Shown here: positions 26,631 through 32,000 of the stretch, piece by piece
How the letters are laid out: the number at the start of each line of letters is the position of its first letter
Position numbering within the stretch: the stretch's first letter is position 1
From: Ktedonobacterales bacterium
GTDB taxonomy: Bacteria > Chloroflexota > Ktedonobacteria > Ktedonobacterales > JADMIN01
NCBI GenBank assembly: GCA_030167145.1
Contig: CP126532.1
Coordinates: 4,050,001 to 4,082,000 of the forward strand
Length of the DNA: 32,000 bases
Reading direction: 5' to 3'
Notes under the pieces: generated by a model
Databases searched by the model: none
Told to the model about the DNA's origin: nothing
The model's input: only the letters and a program-made list of their open reading frames with translations
Translations under genes and position numbers: made by a program

Positions 26631-27542
26631 CTAGGGGAGAAAGAATGTTCCCTCGGCAACCAGCACCGATTCTCCCCCAACTCGCACATCCTGTACCCGT
26701 TCGGGCGTACCGCTGAGCGCCACGGCGATTCGGCTGGCGCGGCCCATCTCGACGCCCTGTTCGATACGCAGGCGTGTCTCCCCCACGTCATCTGGCTGGA
26801 CCCGCCCATGTCGCAGCAGATACACCCCGAACGGACCGGCCGCAATGCCGGTGGCGGCGTCCTCGGCAATGCCCACCGCTGGCGCGAACATGCGGCTGCG
26901 CGCGTTTGCGCCCTGCACGCCGTCGAGCGTGAAAAGATACGCGCAGAGTTGGTTCGTGGGGTCGGCCAGCGCCGCGCTCAGGCCAGTGCCGGGCTGCGCG
27001 CGTCCCAGCGCCTCCAGCGAGCGGACAGGAATATAGAGGAACGGCACACCCGCCGAGCCGCGTTCGATGGGCAGCGTTGGGTCCAGGTCGTCTTCGTCGA
27101 GTCCGATGCTAGCCAGCAAGGCGGCGCGGTCGCCGGACCAGGGCGTGAACTCTGGTATGGGCTGGTGCATCCAGGCGAAGCTGAGGCGGTCGCCTTCGAA
27201 GAGCACGTCTACGGGCAGTGTGCCGACGCCCAGCTCAAGGTAGACGGGAGAGGTTTCGCTGGCACGGATGACGCCTTCGGCGGCGAGCGCGAAGGCGCTG
27301 CCAACGGTCGGATGCCCCGCCACGGGTAGCTCTGCGCCGGGCGTGAAGATGCGCAGGCGACGTAGCGCCTTCACATCGCGCGCAGGCAAGACGAAGACCG
27401 TCTCAGAGAAGTTCATTTCGCGTGCGATGGCCTGCATCTCGCCGTCGGAGAGGCCCACCGCATTGGTAAAGGCGGCGAGCTGATTGCCGCCGAAAGGCTC
27501 GTGTGTGAAGACATCGAGCTGCAGAAAACGATAGCGCCGCAT
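26631..27542 (-). CDS. PhzF-family isomerase/epimerase-like protein (DapF-like fold)
   Basis: 303 aa with RBS AGAGGA 5 nt upstream. The N-terminus FLQLDVFTHEPFGGNQLAAF...EMQAIAREMNFSETVFV carries the PhzF-type catalytic Glu context (SET). Confidence 0.88.
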   Translation of the reverse strand: MRRYRFLQLDVFTHEPFGGNQLAAFTNAVGLSDGEMQAIAREMNFSETVFVLPARDVKALRRLRIFTPGAELPVAGHPTVGSAFALAAEGVIRASETSPVYLELGVGTLPVDVLFEGDRLSFAWMHQPIPEFTPWSGDRAALLASIGLDEDDLDPTLPIERGSAGVPFLYIPVRSLEALGRAQPGTGLSAALADPTNQLCAYLFTLDGVQGANARSRMFAPAVGIAEDAATGIAAGPFGVYLLRHGRVQPDDVGETRLRIEQGVEMGRASRIAVALSGTPERVQDVRVGGESVLVAEGTFFLP

Positions 27543-27871
27543 GATATTCCTCTACGTAACCAACGCCTGACATTCGCCTATAGAGTACTCCATCAGACAG
27601 AAAAGGGGAAACCGTCCAGTCCGAATGGGGTATGCGCCTCTGTCACTCATCCATCTTGCTCGCGTCACTCGCACGACAGCGTATCAGCATATCACGCCCG
27701 TTGATCGCGGCGATGCGGTTGTGCCTATAGCGAACAAGCCAAGGCAAGGACTGCAATCGGCACTCCAAAACAGATCCAATTTCGGTTGCTCTAGCGGCAA
27801 GGAGGACAGCTATTCTTATGTCTGAGTGTGACGCAATTCACAATTCAAATGCAACAAGCGTGAATAGGGGA

Positions 27872-27900
27872 TTGACAGCTATAAATCCGTTGTGTACACT
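27872..27900 (+). promoter_or_regulatory. Sigma-70-like promoter for the island gene
   Basis: TTGACA (27872-27877), an exactly 17-nt spacer, then TACACT (27895-27900). It lies ~90 nt upstream of ATG 27992 and inside the long version of the ORF. Confidence 0.5.
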
Positions 27901-27991
27901 CTGCGATAGAGCGGTGAATGCTCATCCAGCGGTCGGCTGGATTGTCAGGTCATCATGGGCATCTCTAGAGAAACGGAAGTGGAGGTATCCT

Positions 27992-29017
27992 ATGGCGTTG
28001 GGCGTTGGGCGTTGGGCGTGTAGTGCCTGCAAGCAAATCATGTCTCTCCTCTTTGCTCGATTGCGATTTCGTGCGATTCGTGTTATGGCGCTTGGTGTGT
28101 TCGTCGCTTCACTTTGTTCAGTTTTCGTGAATCTCCATCCGGCACATGTGTTCGCGATCCAGGCCGAGCCGCCAGCGGACTGGAGCTTCTACGTGCAAAC
28201 GACGAACACGACGACAGCCTATAACCTCGGTAAGAATCAGGGCGCCTACGATGCCAGTCACGGCAATATCAACAGTGAGGTTGTTGTTGATTTCGGCGGC
28301 CAGGTTTCGGATAGTAGTGGCGCATGGATGGTCAACCAAAAAGGAAAGATCACGAACGCTCAGATAGAGGGTGTGGCCGATAATTTCGCGATGGGCTATT
28401 GGGACGGCACCGGGGCGCATGATACTACCTCAGTCCTGACGCTCGGAATCGGCACCAATAACTCGTACCAGGATGTCAACTACAACGGCGGCTACCAGTG
28501 GGCTCAACTTGTGGGCACCATAAATACTGATATTAAGAACAGTGGATGGAGTTCGCAGGTCACAGCGGTGGGTGGCAATGATATCGAGCCAGATTGGTAT
28601 GATGCCCCAGATACCACTAGCTGGGCGCAGGGCTATGCGGCATATGGCGGCCGATACCTCAACTACGGTTCGGCTGATGGCTGTCCTCAAACCACATCAT
28701 CGGGTGGCAATTGCGACAACGGGTGGACGCAACACGATGTCTGGTATGTGAGTTGGGGCGATCCACCTGCCTACCCAATCCCTGAGATCTATTTCACCTC
28801 CAACGCGCTGGAATGGACGATGATTAGCCTCTACGGCGCACAGGTCCAGGGGGGCGCGGTGCAAATGCAGGGACCGTGGGACGAATACGACGAAGATCAA
28901 TCTACCCTCACCTCCGCGCAGGCATGGACCGACTTCTGGACCGACCTGAATAGCCACTCCCAAACTGCGCAGAGCATGCCCTACGCCGCCGAGATCCACA
29001 CAGAGTCATCGAGTTAG
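27992..29017 (+). CDS. Hypothetical secreted protein (Trp/Asn/Gly/Tyr/Asp-rich), unknown family
   Basis: Start placed at ATG 27992, 6 nt after GGAGG; ATG 28040 is an alternative. The signal-peptide-like N-terminus is ..RLRFRAIRVMALGVFVASLCSVFVNLHPAHVFA/IQ. Codon usage is atypical and AT3-rich (aat, gat, tat, agt, gtt). I recognise no family. Confidence 0.7.
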   Translation: MALGVGRWACSACKQIMSLLFARLRFRAIRVMALGVFVASLCSVFVNLHPAHVFAIQAEPPADWSFYVQTTNTTTAYNLGKNQGAYDASHGNINSEVVVDFGGQVSDSSGAWMVNQKGKITNAQIEGVADNFAMGYWDGTGAHDTTSVLTLGIGTNNSYQDVNYNGGYQWAQLVGTINTDIKNSGWSSQVTAVGGNDIEPDWYDAPDTTSWAQGYAAYGGRYLNYGSADGCPQTTSSGGNCDNGWTQHDVWYVSWGDPPAYPIPEIYFTSNALEWTMISLYGAQVQGGAVQMQGPWDEYDEDQSTLTSAQAWTDFWTDLNSHSQTAQSMPYAAEIHTESSS

Positions 29018-29021
29018 ACAT

Positions 29022-29050
29022 CCCCATACCCGTGTCCCATGGGTATGGGG
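29022..29050 (+). terminator. Stem-loop immediately after the stop codon (possible terminator)
   Basis: CCCCATACCC-(9 nt)-GGGTATGGGG is a perfect 10-bp stem starting 5 nt after the TAG. No U-tract follows, so it is not a canonical intrinsic terminator. Confidence 0.35.
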
Positions 29051-29174
29051 TCGTCCCTGGCAGCGCGAGGCGCAGCGTATACCCCAACTCCATGTCCTGT
29101 AGGTATGGGACTATCGCAATCGCAGATGATAGTGTTGGATGTCGTTGCTTGTTCTCAAACTGAAGGAGGCCCAC

Positions 29175-29777
29175 ATGGGCACACAACCACAACCCAAGGT
29201 TCGCTTTCCGAAATTGTCAGGCAGTAGCGCCCGCGTGCTGCTCCTCATCGCGGCGGTCGGAATCGCACTGCTGACCGGCGGTGTACTCGTCTCGCGGCAT
29301 GTGATCCTGGCTGGCGGCGCGTATTCGAATTATCCTCCCGCTAAAGCAACGGAGATGGCGCGCGAGCAGCAAGCGATGGCCACAGCGCGGGCTAATTCTA
29401 ATAAACCGAGCAAGGCCACTGAGATCCCATCGTCTCCACAGCCCACCGCGACATTCCAGGCAGGCATCGTCAATGCGCATCAGGCGCCGTTCCCTCCCAG
29501 CGTATTCTTCGTCAACAATTCCTATGCGGGGCCGGTGAATGGCGTGTGGGAAGTGGTTTATGCGGGCAGGGTTACTAATCAGGATGGCAGCGCTGGACAA
29601 GGTGGGCTACGCATCTACAATATGGTCACTGATACCAACCTGGGCCAGTTTCTCGCGCCCGCAGGCACGAGCGCGCTGACCATCACTGCGGTCAACGGCG
29701 TGGTGATGCAGTTGCGCTCCGATTCCGGTCAACTCCTCACCTTCAATCTGCAAACCCATCAGTACGGCCAGGGATGA
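29175..29777 (+). CDS. Hypothetical membrane-anchored protein (single N-terminal TM), unknown family
   Basis: Start placed at ATG 29175, 6 nt after GAAGGAGG. The TM helix is ARVLLLIAAVGIALLTGGVLV. A linker and a ~110-aa beta-rich-looking C-terminal region follow. Codon usage is AT3-enriched. Confidence 0.65.
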   Translation: MGTQPQPKVRFPKLSGSSARVLLLIAAVGIALLTGGVLVSRHVILAGGAYSNYPPAKATEMAREQQAMATARANSNKPSKATEIPSSPQPTATFQAGIVNAHQAPFPPSVFFVNNSYAGPVNGVWEVVYAGRVTNQDGSAGQGGLRIYNMVTDTNLGQFLAPAGTSALTITAVNGVVMQLRSDSGQLLTFNLQTHQYGQG

Positions 29778-29805
29778 CCGTATAATCAGCTTCGACCCAT
29801 TATGA

Positions 29806-29840
29806 CGCCCGGATGATGGTTGCGCGACCACGTCCGGGCG
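29806..29840. terminator. Long imperfect hairpin between convergent genes (possible bidirectional terminator)
   Basis: CGCCCGGA (29806-29813) pairs with TCCGGGCG (29833-29840), with an inner TGGT/ACCA pairing. It lies between the 29777 stop (+) and the 29862 stop (-). Confidence 0.4.
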
Positions 29841-29861
29841 CTGCCGTATAGTATCCAGGCT

Positions 29862-30338
29862 TTACATGTTCCCGCGCGGGGACTCCATTTCACGTGCGAA
29901 GGCGATCAGCGCGCGGTGCGAGCGCAGCAGCCCATCCGGCAAGGCGTCGGGCGCGAAGAAGCGCGCTTCCAGCACTTCGCGCGGATCGAGCTTCAGTGCG
30001 CCGCCGCTCAGCCGCGCGAGAAACGTCGCTTCCAGGCGCAGGCGATAGCCGCTGACCAACTGCAACAGCGCCAGTGGTTCGATCAGATAGCCCGTCTCCT
30101 CGCGCACCTCGCGGCGCAGCGCGTCTTGCAGCGTCTCGCGCCGTTTGATGTAGCCGCCCGGCAGCCCCCACGAGCCTTCGCTCCAGAAGCGATGCCGCAG
30201 CAGCAATACCTGCCCATCATCATTCAGCACCACCCCCGACACGCCGAAGATAAACTTCGCGTGCAGCAGCCACAGCACATACCACGGCGACCGCCCGCGC
30301 AGCAGCCGCCACAGCTTTGCCAGCACCGTGTTCGTCAT
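29862..30338 (-). CDS. NUDIX hydrolase
   Basis: 158 aa. The Nudix box GLPGGYIKRRETLQDALRREVREETG matches GX5EX7REUXEEXGU. Its ATG overlaps the murD TGA (ATGA at 30335-30338). Confidence 0.88.
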   Translation of the reverse strand: MTNTVLAKLWRLLRGRSPWYVLWLLHAKFIFGVSGVVLNDDGQVLLLRHRFWSEGSWGLPGGYIKRRETLQDALRREVREETGYLIEPLALLQLVSGYRLRLEATFLARLSGGALKLDPREVLEARFFAPDALPDGLLRSHRALIAFAREMESPRGNM

Positions 30339-31756
30339 AGCGCCAGCACCAGCCGCCGAAACTGGTCGCCCCGGTCGAACTCGTGCAGGAACATGCCAAA
30401 GCTGGTGAACCCTGGCGAGAGCAGCACCACCGCCCCCGGCTGCGCCGCCACGCGGGCCTCGGCCAGCGCCCGCGCGAAGTCGTCATACGGGCCGCTGACC
30501 AGATCGGCACGCCCCAGCGCTCGCGCTTCCGCGCGCACCGCCGCCGCGAAGTCGTCCGAAGCGTTGCCCTTCAGCACGATCACCCGCTCTGCGCGGGCCG
30601 CCGCCTCACGGGCGAAATCCCCGAAGTCGAGATTCTTCGAGTTCCCCCCCGCGATCAGCACCAGCGGCTCAGCAAAGCTGCGCAGCGCAGCAATACCCGC
30701 CACCGGAGCCGTACTGGCGCTGTCGTTGACATACGTCACGCCGTCCAACTCGCGCACCACTTCCAGTCGGTGCGGCACCCCCCCGAAGCTGGCGACCGCG
30801 TCGCGAATTGTCTCCGGCGCGACCCCGATCAGCTCAGCCGCCAGGGTCGCCGCCTGCACATTGCCCAGGTTGTGCGCGCCGCGCAGGCGAATCGCATCCG
30901 CGTAGGCGAAGGGCTGCGTCTCATTGGGCATATCGCGCCGGAAGGCCACACGCTGCTCCGGGCTATACAGCCACACCGCGCCACCCGGCGCCTCATCCGC
31001 ATAGCTGCGCGTGTACTCGTTGTCGGCGTTGAAAAGCGCGATATCCTCCGCGCCCTGGTAGCGAAAGATGCTGGTCTTCGCCTCGCCGTAATCCGCCATC
31101 GAATCATAGGCGTTGAGGTGGTCGGGCAGCAGATTGGTGAAGATGGCAAGCCGCGGACTGCGGCGGATGGTATGCAGCCCTTCCAGCATCCAGTTGCCCA
31201 GTTCCAGCACCACCCAGCGGTCCGGCGTGATCTCCGGCAGCAGCGCCAGCGTTTCGATGTTGCCCAGGTTGCCGCCGAGCAGCGGACGCATGCCAGCGGC
31301 GCTGAGGATGTGGTGCAGCAAGATGGTGGTGGTGCTTTTGCCGCGTGTGCCCGTCACCCCCGCGATCTTGCCACGACAGGCGCGGAAGAACCAGGCAATC
31401 TCCATCTCCACACGGCGGCCAGCGGCGTGGGCGGCGGCCAGATATGGCGAGTCGCGGCGCACGTTGGGATTGCGAACGATCACATCGGCGCGCGTGAAAT
31501 CGTCTACGTCGTGCCGCCCCAACACGTAGCGGATCGGCAGACCGGCAAGTTGGGCGATGCTGGGCGCGAGCACGTCTTCACCGCGCAAATCCGTGACAAC
31601 CACCTCGGCTGCCCCCTGCTCCACGGCATAGCGCGCCGCGCCGACACCGCCGCCGAGCAACCCCAGTCCCATCACCAACACCCGCCGCCCACGCAGCGCA
31701 TTGGGGTCGTCTGGTGTCGTCGCCACATCATGCCAGTCGGTGTGTTCGTCGCTCAT
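30335..31756 (-). CDS. murD: UDP-N-acetylmuramoylalanine--D-glutamate ligase (MurD-type Mur ligase)
   Basis: 473 aa. It has an N-terminal Rossmann-like VLVMGLGLLGGGVGAARY, the P-loop GVTGTRGKSTTT, and TNLLPDHLN, all typical of MurD architecture. Some MurD-conserved stretches are divergent (LELGNWML for LELSSFQL). Confidence 0.82.
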   Translation of the reverse strand: MSDEHTDWHDVATTPDDPNALRGRRVLVMGLGLLGGGVGAARYAVEQGAAEVVVTDLRGEDVLAPSIAQLAGLPIRYVLGRHDVDDFTRADVIVRNPNVRRDSPYLAAAHAAGRRVEMEIAWFFRACRGKIAGVTGTRGKSTTTILLHHILSAAGMRPLLGGNLGNIETLALLPEITPDRWVVLELGNWMLEGLHTIRRSPRLAIFTNLLPDHLNAYDSMADYGEAKTSIFRYQGAEDIALFNADNEYTRSYADEAPGGAVWLYSPEQRVAFRRDMPNETQPFAYADAIRLRGAHNLGNVQAATLAAELIGVAPETIRDAVASFGGVPHRLEVVRELDGVTYVNDSASTAPVAGIAALRSFAEPLVLIAGGNSKNLDFGDFAREAAARAERVIVLKGNASDDFAAAVRAEARALGRADLVSGPYDDFARALAEARVAAQPGAVVLLSPGFTSFGMFLHEFDRGDQFRRLVLAL

Positions 31757-32000
31757 CCCGTCCGTCCATCCTCGATCACTGAATGTGCCGCGTCAAGCCG
31801 CGCACACTGTATCACAATCCCATCAGCCAGTAGAAGTACGGTGGCAGGGCACGTACCTACATCGTACAATGAGCGGGATTCGCACGCGAGTGGTGGTGGA
31901 AGCATGGCTGCGGGCATCCGCACTGGCGCTGGCGTGATACGCGCGACGCAGGACGCGAGACGCGGGAGAAGAGAGCAGAACCGCGATGAGCGATCGCGAG

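Noticed and set aside
27818-27991. Upstream start (ATG 27818, after AAGGAGG) for the secreted island protein
   Set aside because: The near-consensus promoter (27872-27900) lies inside this extension. The extra 58 aa would bury the signal peptide, and the SD-to-ATG spacing is 12 nt. ATG 27992 has GGAGG at 6 nt. Not fully excluded.
27543-29861. Calling the low-GC island a mobile element or prophage remnant
   Set aside because: No integrase, transposase or recombinase ORF, no tRNA target, and no terminal inverted or direct repeats were noticed by eye at its borders. Only the compositional anomaly supports foreign origin, so it is reported as a finding rather than as a mobile_element feature.
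29820-30905. Plus-strand ORF 29820..30905 (361 aa)
   Set aside because: It is antisense to the NUDIX (intact Nudix box) and murD genes, and its product is Arg/Ala/Pro/Ser-rich and low-complexity.
31701-32000. ORF 31701..31937(+) and a possible CDS starting at ATG 31986 at the window edge
   Set aside because: The 78-aa ORF overlaps the murD start region and has no RBS or motif. The putative start at 31986 has only 15 nt of sequence in the window, too little to support a call.

Overview
High-GC bacterial chromosomal window. Hand counts of 60-nt samples give about 72% G+C in nuo genes, against 45-55% in one island. Genes use Shine-Dalgarno sites, and the repeat content and gene architectures are reminiscent of Chloroflexota-like genomes, but lineage cannot be established from this sequence. 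Layout: (i) 1-14.3 kb holds eleven genes of a Complex I operon, nuoD-E-F-G-H-I-J-K-L-M-N, on the plus strand. (ii) 14.3-18.05 kb holds four minus-strand accessory genes: a SnoaL-like protein, an SRPBCC-membrane fusion, a DUF2231-Rieske membrane protein and an HDAC-family deacetylase. (iii) 18.3-21.4 kb holds a TPP riboswitch with a terminator-type expression platform in front of a ThiXYZ-like ABC importer (ATPase, permease, NMT1/THI5-like binding protein). (iv) 21.5-31.8 kb holds minus-strand cell-wall genes in a non-canonical order (murD-nudix ... phzF-murE-mraY-membrane protein), split by a ~2.3 kb low-GC island. The island encodes a secreted and a membrane-anchored protein that I cannot assign to any family. 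No rRNA, tRNA, CRISPR, transposase, integrase or recognisable defence gene was seen. I do not see a convincing complete novel multi-gene system. The most unusual signals are: a hairpin-repeat superfamily, including a 5 x 31-bp tandem array, that fills only the three oversized gaps of the nuo operon and shows strand-asymmetric G-U pairing; the low-GC island inside the mur cluster; an MraY with one extra TM helix and a ~340-aa C-terminal extension; and the membrane-anchored SRPBCC/Rieske pair next to Complex I. Functional readings of these are inference.
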